Below, piece by piece: positions 10,597 through 20,367 of a DNA stretch of 64,000 nucleotides. The DNA comes from Longimicrobiales bacterium (GTDB lineage Bacteria > Gemmatimonadota > Gemmatimonadetes > Longimicrobiales > Gaopeijiaceae), in assembly GCA_965197725.1 (NCBI GenBank), contig CBDANQ010000057.1, positions 32,001 to 96,000 on the forward strand, written 5' to 3'. Every line of letters starts with the position of its first letter. The first letter of the stretch is position 1. The notes below the pieces were generated by a model. The model saw only the letters and a program-made list of their open reading frames with translations. It was not told the origin of the DNA and ran no database searches. The position numbers and the translations under genes are program-made.

Positions 10597-11183
10597 GCGA
10601 CACTCGCAAGAACACCGCCGATATGCCACCGGGCCGGCTGACCTGGGCTGCCGTGGGGGTTCAGCTGCTCCTGGTCGTGGCGACTTCGACTGTCCTCTTC
10701 TGGGTGAACCAGGAGGTCGTCGTGCCGCGTGGAGCTCGAGCTCACTTCATGGCATCCATGCTGTCGACGCCTGCGGCGGATCCCGTCGATTTCTTGAAGA
10801 AGGCGGACCGGCTCGGCATTCTTCTCCTTCCCGTAGCCGCTGTTGTATGGATCGCCTTCGTCGCGCTGGTAGCGCAGCTCGCCGTCTTGCTGCAAGGGAG
10901 GATTCTGTCCCTGGCAGAGGCGGTTAGGGCTGCCACATGGGCATTCTGGGGGGTCGTCTGTGGAATGGCGGCTCTGGATCTCGACAGCTCGTTCACCGTC
11001 TATCTGCTCGCGGTTCAGTTCAGTATCACCGCAGTGCTGTGGCTGTTGGGCCTTGGCTTGGGACTCGCTTCCGCGGAGGACGTTGATGCACGTGTGGCCC
11101 TGCGGTCCGTCGCCTTCGTCTGGGTGACCGTTCTTTTCGGGACTGTGTCGTTAGCGCTGCTGGGTCGCGTCTTGCTCAGCTGA
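10593..11183 (+). CDS. Multi-TM membrane protein, Yip1-like
   Basis: ATGA overlap with the PCAT gene; about 5 TM helices; family assignment by pattern only. Confidence 0.6.
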   Translation: MSDTRKNTADMPPGRLTWAAVGVQLLLVVATSTVLFWVNQEVVVPRGARAHFMASMLSTPAADPVDFLKKADRLGILLLPVAAVVWIAFVALVAQLAVLLQGRILSLAEAVRAATWAFWGVVCGMAALDLDSSFTVYLLAVQFSITAVLWLLGLGLGLASAEDVDARVALRSVAFVWVTVLFGTVSLALLGRVLLS

Positions 11184-11378
11184 ACGGACCCGGAGGTTGG
11201 AGCTCTCGTGATGGGAAGTGGATCCGTGTCGCTCGGCTCAGAGCACGCGCCACCAAGGGCGAAACGTCTGCAGGTGGCGTGCAGCAGCCACGCGGGACCC
11301 GGGTGTTGCTTTGACTTCGGAGAGATCAACGGCTTTTAACAATCCGCATCGGCGGTCGCTGGGCACCCATTCTCGGGC

Positions 11379-13508
11379 CTACTCGAACGCTTCCGGTCTC
11401 TTCTTCTTGAGGTCCGGATATGGCGTGCGCACGCTCCAGATCATCCCGAGCGCGACGAGCAGGCCCACCAGGCCCAGCGCAAAGCCCCACCACGGGATCA
11501 CCGTCTCCTCCGTGACCCACCCCATGTGAGCCGGCACGAGCCCGATGGCGTTGTTGGCGCAGTGCCAGAGCATCACCGGGAAGATGGAGCCCGTGAGCAG
11601 GACCACCGCGGCGAAGACCACCCCGAGGTACGCCGTCGGGATCAGCCGAAACAAGGACACGTGGAAGATCCCGAAGATCACCCCCACCACCAGGCAGATC
11701 CCAACGGGGCCGAACATCTTCCGGAGCCCGTGTAGAAGGACGCCGCGGAACGCGAGCTCTTCTAGGATGCCGGGCATGATGGTGAGGAACAGCAGCAGCT
11801 GCCAAAGGGGCATCTGATTGCCCAGCAGAGTGTCGCCGAAAGCGTCGAGCACGTTCTGGGGCACGGGGAATACGTAAGCGTTCACAAGCTCGGCAAGGCC
11901 GATCCCAACGATGTAGCCGGCGGGAGCCCCGATGACTACGGCCAGCCAGACCAGCGGGTGTACCGGCCGCAGAGCGAAGGCGGCGCGCGGCTCGAGCCCA
12001 TAGCGCCGGATCATCAGGAGTGATCCGCCGAAGAAGATGAACACCAGGTTGACCACGACCTGCCCCCGCACACCGAGGCCCTCGCCGAACCACAGGGAGA
12101 TGACCAGGAAGGTCACCCACATCACGCCGAACCAGCGGAGCACGTGCCGCGGGAAGAGCGCGGGCCCTCCCATGAGGTCCGCCTCGTCGAGGTCGGAATG
12201 TGATACGAGTCGCTCGGCGGAGAGCGTGCGTTCGGTGAGCCGCGCGGCCCACCAGGCCGCTCCGCCCGTGGAGCTGAAGGCCAGCAAGAGGACGAGCCAG
12301 TCGTACTCTCCCACCATGATCTCGCGCACGGCCACGCCGATTCCGGCGATGGGCACGAGTGCGATGGCGGAGCGCAGATCCATACTGGGCAGCATACCCG
12401 CTAACGACGGCACCAGGAACACCAGGAAGAGAGGGAAGAAGTAGATCTGGTATTCCTTGTAGGTCTTCGCGTAGCCCGACAGCAAGAGCAGCGTGCTCGA
12501 GATGAGCACCGTGAGCGGAAGGAAGAGGATCAGCAGCAGGACCAAGTCCAGCGTCGACAACGCCACCGCGAAATTCTCCGGAAGGTCCACGACGCCCAGA
12601 ACGACATAGACCAGGAGGTTGAGGATGTTGACGACCGCTACGGAGATCCCAACCGCGACGATGCCCAGCAGCTTGGCGATGACGATGTCCGACCGCGCTG
12701 CCGCAGTGGTGAGCAGCGTCTCCAGCGTACCCCGCTCCTTTTCGCCGCTGATGGCGTCCGCCGCCATGATGGAGCCTCCCGTGAGCATCAGGAGCAGAAG
12801 GAAGGGCGTGAGCGCGAGGCCCAGAAGCGCGCCTCCCTCCTTTTCGGCGCTGGCGGTGTTCTCGGTCTCCACGGTGGCGATCTGCTCCGGTGCCACCGGG
12901 AAGCCCCGGGAGGTATAGACGCTGTCCCTGAGCCGCGAACGCAACTCGATGATGCGGGCGTCGAGCCGAGTGGAGGCGTTCCGGGAGAAGTCGCTCTGGC
13001 CTCGGAAGAGAAGGCGAAGCGTGCGCAGTTCCGGAGCCGCTTCTTCTTCCTCCTCCGTGTCGGCGTTGTCCTCCTCCGCGTCGGCGGTGTCCGCCACGGC
13101 CTCTGCTGCCCGAATACTTTCGTACGCCCCGGGCGACAGAGCTCCGACCACCAGGTGGATCCCCGCTGAGCTAAGCAGTGCGTCAGCATCGCTGACCTGC
13201 CGCTCCTCGAAGCGCACGCGCGCCCGAGAGGTGTCGGGGTCGTTGGCCTCGAGCTCCAATGCCGCCACCACGATCTCTCGACCCCACTCGACCTCATCCC
13301 CGACAAGGGCGTATTCGTAGACGGTCTCAACCAGCCTCCGCTCCTCGGACCGTTCTACCGAGCGCATGACGAAGATGATGAACGGGAAGAGAACGAGCGG
13401 CGCCACCACGACGATGAGGATCATGCGGGTGTCACGCACGAGCCTCTTGATTTCGTAAAGGAAGAGGGTCGCCAGCACCCCCGGGTCGCCGGATCGCTTC
13501 CGGCTCAC
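11379..13508 (-). CDS. NatB-like ABC-2 permease fused to a C-terminal CPBP/Abi (CAAX protease-like) domain
   Basis: GEKERGTLETLL; C-terminal EELAFRG, FGIFH and WH motifs. Confidence 0.9.
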   Translation of the reverse strand: MSRKRSGDPGVLATLFLYEIKRLVRDTRMILIVVVAPLVLFPFIIFVMRSVERSEERRLVETVYEYALVGDEVEWGREIVVAALELEANDPDTSRARVRFEERQVSDADALLSSAGIHLVVGALSPGAYESIRAAEAVADTADAEEDNADTEEEEEAAPELRTLRLLFRGQSDFSRNASTRLDARIIELRSRLRDSVYTSRGFPVAPEQIATVETENTASAEKEGGALLGLALTPFLLLLMLTGGSIMAADAISGEKERGTLETLLTTAAARSDIVIAKLLGIVAVGISVAVVNILNLLVYVVLGVVDLPENFAVALSTLDLVLLLILFLPLTVLISSTLLLLSGYAKTYKEYQIYFFPLFLVFLVPSLAGMLPSMDLRSAIALVPIAGIGVAVREIMVGEYDWLVLLLAFSSTGGAAWWAARLTERTLSAERLVSHSDLDEADLMGGPALFPRHVLRWFGVMWVTFLVISLWFGEGLGVRGQVVVNLVFIFFGGSLLMIRRYGLEPRAAFALRPVHPLVWLAVVIGAPAGYIVGIGLAELVNAYVFPVPQNVLDAFGDTLLGNQMPLWQLLLFLTIMPGILEELAFRGVLLHGLRKMFGPVGICLVVGVIFGIFHVSLFRLIPTAYLGVVFAAVVLLTGSIFPVMLWHCANNAIGLVPAHMGWVTEETVIPWWGFALGLVGLLVALGMIWSVRTPYPDLKKKRPEAFE

Positions 13509-14350
13509 GGGCCGCTCTCCAACTCCCCCGAGCCGCCGTCGCTTGCTGCCGCATGTCCGCCGCCGTCCTCCACGGCCATGACCTCTTGCCTGCCGCCGTC
13601 CTTCACGGCCATGACCTCTTGCACGAAAATGTCCTCGAGGTAGTGCTGCCCGGTGGCCTGCCTGTGCTCTTCGAGGGTTCCCAGAGCCAGGATTCGGCCC
13701 TGGTGGATAATCGCGATGCGATCACACAGCTTTTCCGCCTCGCTCATGATGTGGGTGGAGAAGATGATGGTCTTGCCCTCGTCCCGGACCTCGCGGATCA
13801 CCCGCTGCATCTCCAGCGCCGCCATCACGTCCAGGCCCACCGTGGGCTCGTCGAAGATGAGGACGGGCGGATCGTGGACGATCGTTCGAGCGATGGAGAC
13901 CTTCTGTTTCATGCCGCTGGACAGCTTCTCCACCCGGGCGTCCGCGTATTCCGCGATCCCGAATCGCTCGATTACCGTCTCGACGCGCCGGGCTACATGG
14001 TCGGTGGGATATCGGTTGATGCGAGCGAAGAACTCCAGCGTCTCGCGGCCGGTCAGGCGCGGATAGAGCGCCGTCGAGGCTGAGTAGAACCCCAGGTTTC
14101 GCCGCACCGCCTCGGGCTCGGCGAGCACGTCGTGGCCGTTGAGGGATGCGCTCCCTCCGGTGGGCTTCAGGATCGTTGCCAACATGCGGAGCGTCGTCGT
14201 CTTCCCGGCGCCGTTCGCGCCCAGGAGACCGAAGACCTCACCGGGCCTGCACTCGAAGTCGATGCCGGCGACGGCGTGGACCTCTCCCCGGGACTCGTCC
14301 CAGAAGCTCTTGTGGAGCGCTTGCACACGAACGCTGGCGCCTTCCGTCAT
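13505..14350 (-). CDS. NatA-like ABC ATP-binding protein
   Basis: GANGAGKTT, LSSGMKQK, IFDEPTVGLD, STHIMSE. Confidence 0.92.
   Translation of the reverse strand: MTEGASVRVQALHKSFWDESRGEVHAVAGIDFECRPGEVFGLLGANGAGKTTTLRMLATILKPTGGSASLNGHDVLAEPEAVRRNLGFYSASTALYPRLTGRETLEFFARINRYPTDHVARRVETVIERFGIAEYADARVEKLSSGMKQKVSIARTIVHDPPVLIFDEPTVGLDVMAALEMQRVIREVRDEGKTIIFSTHIMSEAEKLCDRIAIIHQGRILALGTLEEHRQATGQHYLEDIFVQEVMAVKDGGRQEVMAVEDGGGHAAASDGGSGELESGP
13559..13622. repeat. In-frame tandem duplication, 33-bp period, 2 copies
   Basis: gccgccgtcct(c/t)cacggccatgacctcttgc twice; encodes QEVMAV(K/E)DGG twice. Confidence 0.9.
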
Positions 14351-14395
14351 CTCGTGTCCTCGTCCCGTCGATCCAACGCTGATCGAGTGTCCATG

Positions 14396-15705
14396 TCAGT
14401 CGCCTCCTGCCCCGGCTCCGGCCACATTCCTGTACTTCCTTCCCATCAGCCGCTCCTTGGCGAAGCGCCAAAAGCTTCCGTCGAAGGAGCCCATCAGGAG
14501 GTCCTCGAACTGGAGGACCGCCCGGGCGAGAAGCAGGCAAGCCGCCACCATCACCAGGAGCACCGCCAGTGTCTCGGCGATGAGCGGCCAGATGAAGACG
14601 CCATTGATGGCGTCTCGGATCATCCTCGCCGCGTTGGCCACGGGGATGGCGGCGATGGCCGGCGTGAGCGTCTGATCGGTCTGCTGCCCGAGGAGGATTG
14701 GGAGCAGCGCCAGCCAGTACACCGGGGTGACCATGGCCTGACCGTCCTTGAAGGTCCTGGCGAAGGCCGCAAGGATCATCATCGCTGCCGCGAAGAAGAG
14801 GGCCAGCGCGACGGCCGCCACGATCATCACCGGCAGCGCCAGGAGCGGCAGGCTGAACTGGAATGCGTCCGCTCCGGCCCCCGCGTCCGCCAGGAGAGGT
14901 CCCACGATGGCGCCCAGCGACACGAACATTGCGATCACGTTGAGCACGCCCGCCAGGATGCCCAACGTGGCCACGTAGAAGTACTTGGCGGTGACCACGC
15001 TCAACCGCGACGCCGACACCGTCATGAGCGTTTCCCAAGTGGAACGCTCTCGCTCGCCGGCGGTGCTGTCGATGGACGGGATCAGGCAGCCCAAAGCCAC
15101 CATGAGCACCAGGAAGAGCGGAATCAGCATGCCCATGATGAGCGCGCCCATCTGTCGGCCGCTGGAGACGTTGTCCTGAACGATGCGGAACTGCTCCTGG
15201 TCCACATCGGATATGTCGAGCGCCGCGGCCTCCCGCTCCACCCATCGACGCCGGTAGCCGCTCACGATGCTCTCCACACGGTCTCTCGCCCGGCGGCTGC
15301 GCTCCACGGCCCGATCGTATCGGATCAGGAGACCCGGAAGTTGTCGTCCAGGCCTCGAGCCTCGGGCTCCGGCGGCAGGAACTCGACCAGCGCGTCCAAC
15401 TCCCCGACACGGATGAGCTCCGCGGCGGAGTCGGGGCTGATGCCGTCTTCTCGGATCTCGAGGTTCGTCCTCGCCTGCAGCGTGTCCATGACGGCGGGGT
15501 GCGCGGAAGGCGCGTCGAGGATCACGAGGCGTGAGTTCGTGCGCTCCGCGAGGCCCGTCACGAACACGATCCCGGTGAACATCACCCAGAGCATGACCGG
15601 ATAGAGGAAAAGCGGCATGAGGATGCTGTTCACCACGATGGCTCGCTCGCGCAGCGCGGAGCGAAGCTCACGGCGGTATAGGATCCAGATGTCGTGCCAG
15701 TCCAT
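14396..15705 (-). CDS. Second NatB-like ABC-2 permease, frameshift near 15330
   Basis: N-half MDWHDIWILYRRELRSALRER joins the C-half (GERERSTWETLM) with a one-base correction giving ..LIRYDRAVERS. Confidence 0.85.
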
Positions 15706-15783
15706 GACTAGACCTCCAGCTCCGCATCCCTGGCGACATCCCGTTCAGGATGTGCGGCCCACAGCTTCATCGTCCCCCGTCCT

Positions 15784-17102
15784 TCAGCGTACGCAGCATA
15801 CGAGCCGAAACTCGCTGGGGTCGTTTCCCCGCAGGCCCGCGACCAGGAACAGCAGGCTGTCGGGCCCCACGAACTCCGGGATCGTCAGGCTCCTGGATGT
15901 GCTTTGTGGGATGCGCGTCGTCTCACCGGTGTGCCGGTCCATCACGTATATGGCCGGACGTGCGTCTCCGAGTTCGGTCCGCTGTCCGTCGCGTGAGCCG
16001 AAGGCCAGTAGCGCGCCGTCGTAGCTGAAGTTGGCCTTGGTGGTCTGCATCCCCGAGTCGAAGACCTCGCGACACACGCCGTCCGAGCCGAGCCGAAACA
16101 CTTTCGTCGTGCCGGTCTTCTCGTCCCTGGCCGACATCTCGCGACCGTCCTTCGAGACGATCGGCAGTGAGAGCTGCAGGTCCTGGCACGCGGCGGTCTT
16201 GCTCCCCATGGCTAGGATATCGGTGATGCCGCCCTCGCCGTCGAAGCCGAGCTCGTAGTCCCGGTACTGCGCTCCCTCTCGCCAGGCGGTGAGCACGCGG
16301 TAGCGGATGCGGCTCCCGTCCTCCTCGCGGTCGAGAATGCCTACGGACGGATATTCGTCGCGTAGCGTCTCGTCGACCACCAGCGGCGCGAGGGAGCGAG
16401 CCTGGCTGTGGGCGCCGAGCCGGAAGAGCTCACGCGCGCTGTAGAACTGGAGACCGGAATAGCGGGCCCCCGGCGTGACGAAAAATGCGCCGTCCGGAGA
16501 CGGGACGAAATCCAATCGGCCCGGCGCGCTGAAGCGCTCATTGGACTCCAGGTGCTGGAGATAGACTACCCCCCCCAGATCGAAGGAGATGTAGCGAGTG
16601 CCCGGGGCTCTGCGGAAGAACGCGCCTGGCCTGCTCGCTAGCGGGTACGAGCCGAGCAACTCCACGTCGCGCATCGGCACGTCGCCCACGGCGGATGCGG
16701 TGGGCGCGGCGGGTGTGGTGAGTGCTCTCTCCTCGAGTGTCCCAACTCGGAGGCCGAGCATCGACTCGTAGACCTCGGCGGGCTTGTACCCGACCAAGGC
16801 GTTGCCCACCGGCGCACCGTCGTTCACGAGGACGACCGCGGGGAAGTGGACTGTGGCTCCTGCCTCGACCAGAGCCATGCGAAGGGCGTCGAGCTTGTGC
16901 TCGGCCACCGGCTCGAACAGAGTGCGGGTGGGCAGGATGCTGAGCGGGACGTGTCGCACTCGGCGAGCCGTCCGGCGAGCTCGCGGAGCGAGTCAACCTC
17001 GGGGCCGCCTGACGCACCGGAGGCCATGGCCTCGAGCCCGAGTCCCACGAGCCCAACCGCCGCCAGGACGACCAGGCGCGTCACCACCGAACTGCGCTTC
17101 AT
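15784..17102 (-). CDS. Exported protein with C-terminal TolB/PD40-like beta-propeller repeats; frame break near 16960
   Basis: Signal peptide MKRSSVVTRLVVLAAVGLVGL in a different frame; VPSPDG, VSKDG and FSYDG repeats. Confidence 0.6.
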
Positions 17103-17228
17103 TGGACACCTCCCAGCGTGCAGATCCCACGAGACGATTCTGTCCTACGGCCCTCGTCCCGATCATTCGCTGTCTCGACCCGAGACGAACGTCATCAGCA
17201 TCCCACCGCGATCGGAAGGTTCGGAAAC

Positions 17229-17549
17229 CTATCGATGGGGGAGCGGCCGCACCTCGTCGAGGAGCTCGTGGATCGACACCGCGCGGAAACCCTCTTGAAG
17301 AGGATAGCTGTCACGGCCCGCGTGGACGACACGCACCAGCTCGATGCCAAGCGTGTCCCGGGCGCTCCTCATTGACTTAGTCACCTTGGAATGCGATGCG
17401 TCCGGCCAGAGACTCGGATCCCTGCCGTAGCAGCGACGGTGACGCGCTGCCCAGATGAGGACGCGCGCCGCACGCCCGGGGCGGTCGGCAAGAACCCTCA
17501 ACGAGCGGAAGAGATCCGGACGTCGTCGGATCTCGTCGATGACCAGCAA
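17229..17549 (-). pseudogene. Internally deleted AAA ATPase (AAA_14 + DUF4143 type)
   Basis: Walker B LVIDEI..LRVLADRP, shifted-frame LGSASPSLLRQGSESLAGRI, joined directly to the C-terminal VTKSMRSA..VVHAG..YPL. Confidence 0.75.
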
Positions 17550-17576
17550 GCCAGGCGGACGGACCCCTCTAGCCGG

Positions 17577-19344
17577 CTATCCCTCCAGGCCCAGCTCGGC
17601 GAGAAGCCTCGAAAAGCCCGGATCGGCGCGCAAGCCATCCAGCGACGGCTGCTTGAGCTGCATCGCCAGGCCGCAGGCCCTGCGCTCGACGGCCGCGCCG
17701 AGCGAAACAAGCGCTTCTTCCTGTAGTCCGACTACCGCGAGATACATCGCAGACGTGCCCGGGTTGGTCCCGATCAGCTCCTCGAGCCCATCCGGGAGCG
17801 CTCCTGGACTGCCCGAGCCGGTGTACGCCTCGGCAGCACTCACGAAGGCCGCGAAGGGAGCGAGGTCGGCTCCCGTCAGCTCGGCGAGCCGCTGGAAGGC
17901 GTTACGCGCATCACCGAAGCGGCCGGCCGCCATGAAGAGGAACCCCATGTCCGACCACGTCCGGGGGTCGTCCGGGTCGAGCTGGATGGCCTGCTGCGCC
18001 TCTCGGATCGACTCCTCGACCCGTCCCGAAGCGGCCAGGACCCGCGCCGCGGTTCGCCGCAGGGCCGGAGAGAGAGCGTCGTTCAGCCGGGCGGTCCGGA
18101 TCTCTGCGACGGCCTGTTCGGCCTTGTCCGTGACGATCAGGAGCTCGGCATAGCGCGCGCGCGCCAGCGAGGACGTTGGGTCGGCGCCCAGGGCTCGGCA
18201 GAGCTCGATCGCGGCTTCTTCCCACTCGTATCGTTGATATCTGAAGAACCCCAGCGCCGAGCGTGCCGCGGCCGAAGCGGAGTCCAACCGGAGAGCCGTT
18301 TCGGCGGCTATCAGTCCAGCGGCGATCGTCTCGTCCGGGTTCGTATCTGAGAGCTCGAGCGCCTGCGCGTAGGACTCTGCTAGCCCTGACCAAGCCGGTA
18401 CGTACGCCGAGTCGAAGCCGACAGACATCTGGAAGTTGCCGATCGCGTCGCGGACACCGGCGACGGTGTTACGGTTCAAGTTGAAGCGGCCCCAGAGATA
18501 CTTGTCGTACGCCATCACGTTCGTCGTCGCGATGTCATCGACCGGCATCAACTCTCCCTGAGGCAGGCGCAGCTCCAACGCGCCGATGATCGACGAGGCC
18601 ACCTGGGACTGGACCTCGAAAATGTCATCGACGAGCCGCTCGTATTCGGAGTTCCACAGCGCACCGTCGTCGACCGACATCAGCTCCGCCGTCACCCGAA
18701 CCCGATCCGACTGCTTCTCAACCGTGCCCCGGAGTACCGCCCGTACCCTCAGTTCTCTCGCAACCACGGCGATCTCTGCCGTCTGCTTGTGGACCTGGAA
18801 CGACGACGCCCGCGCCGCGACGTCAAGGCCCCCGATCCGGGAGAGGAGCGAGCGCAGCTCATCCGCGAGGCCGTCGGCAAAGTAATCGTTCTCGGGATCT
18901 GGTCCGACGTTGTCGAAGGGCAGAACCGCAATGGACCGGATAGCCTCCGTGCCTCCGGAACCCCCGTCGGCAGCTCCGGTCGCCTGGGTCAACCACCATC
19001 CCGCGGCAATCACGACAGACGCTCCGATCAGGACGACGATCGACCCTGTGCTGAACCAAGTAACAGGCTGGCCGGTGGGCGACGTATGGGACCGGGTCCG
19101 GACGATTCCCTCCGGGCTGACGTCGAACAGCCAAGAAAGAGCGACCGTGATGGGGAACCCGACGAACGCGGTGATCACGAGGAGGCTCAGCAGCCACTCC
19201 GGGAGCTGCAGCGCGCCGATGACGAGGTCGGCTGCCTCCAACACCGCGTAGGCGACTGCGGCGTAGAGGAGGGCGACGCGAACGACCCGGCGACGCTTCA
19301 GCTCCATAATGAAGGCTTGAAAAGCCGGAAGGCGCTTGGCTCAT
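17577..19344 (-). CDS. Membrane TolB_N-like/TPR protein; frameshift in a T run near 19320
   Basis: ELKRRRVVRV plus 3 TMs, SIAVLPFDNV..YFADGLADEL, TPR repeats; corrected start MSQAPSGFQAFIMELKRR. Confidence 0.85.
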
Positions 19345-19440
19345 GTCTCCCCTGGTCCGACACCTCGAAGGTCTCCGAGAGTCAGTCTCGGTGGTCGTCC
19401 CTGAATTCGCAACGGAACCGGCGAAAGATCCACGCTCTCC

Positions 19441-20367
19441 CTACGTCATCCGGCCGATGAGCTTGCCGGCCTGGTCCATGCTGAGTCCGAGCGGACGGCG
19501 AGCGAGCGGAACACCGTCGGCGTCGGCGATGACCGGTTCGAGCGAATCCAGCGAGGGCCGATCATTCTCATGGAACAGCCCGATGTAGATCTCGTCCCCC
19601 CACAACATCGCCTTCTCGCAGGCCGCCTTCCAATCGCTGGTGTCGTGCCCTTCGTCTTCCAGCTTCTTTATGCGCGGCTTGTAAAACGCGACATCGTTGT
19701 CGTGGTTGAAGGTGACACAGGGGCTGAAGACGTCGATGAGGGAAAAGCCCCGGTGCTGGATGGCGTTCTTGATGATCTCGGTCAGGTGCTTTACATCCGA
19801 GCTGTAGCCACGGGCGACATAAGTCGCACCGTTCATGATCGCGGACGTAAGGGGGTTGATGGGGTACTCGAGGTTCCCGAACGGCGTGCTCTTGGTCTTC
19901 ATGTCGGGGCGGCTGGTGGGCGAGACCTGGCCCGTGGTCAGGCCGTAGACCTGGTTGTTCATCACCAGGTAGGTGAGGTCGAGGTTGCGGCGCGCGGTAT
20001 GCATCAGGTGGTTGCCCCCGATGCCATAGCCGTCGCCGTCGCCGCCGGTGGCGATGACGGTGAGCTCATGGTTCCCGAGCTTGGCTCCAGAGGCCACCGG
20101 GAGAGAGCGCCCGTGCAGCGTGTGCATCCCGTACGCGTTCAGATAACCCGGCAGGTTGGACGAGCAGCCGATGCCGCTGACGCACAGGATCTCGTGCGGC
20201 TTGAGCCCCAGCTCGAAGACAGCACGCTGAAGCGAGTTCAGCACACCGAAGTCTCCGCAACCGGGGCACCAGTCGGGCGTGACTCTGCCCTTGAACTCCT
20301 TGGCCGAGGCCGGGGACTGGGGAAGCTCGAGGCCGATCAGGCCCAAGGTGCTCTCGGCGGTGCTCAT
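19441..20367 (-). CDS. korB: 2-oxoacid:ferredoxin oxidoreductase beta subunit
   Basis: WCPGCGD, SGIGCSS, LHGR, TPP motif GGDGD..NN, SPCVTFN; start MSTAES overlaps the korA stop. Confidence 0.93.
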   Translation of the reverse strand: MSTAESTLGLIGLELPQSPASAKEFKGRVTPDWCPGCGDFGVLNSLQRAVFELGLKPHEILCVSGIGCSSNLPGYLNAYGMHTLHGRSLPVASGAKLGNHELTVIATGGDGDGYGIGGNHLMHTARRNLDLTYLVMNNQVYGLTTGQVSPTSRPDMKTKSTPFGNLEYPINPLTSAIMNGATYVARGYSSDVKHLTEIIKNAIQHRGFSLIDVFSPCVTFNHDNDVAFYKPRIKKLEDEGHDTSDWKAACEKAMLWGDEIYIGLFHENDRPSLDSLEPVIADADGVPLARRPLGLSMDQAGKLIGRMT

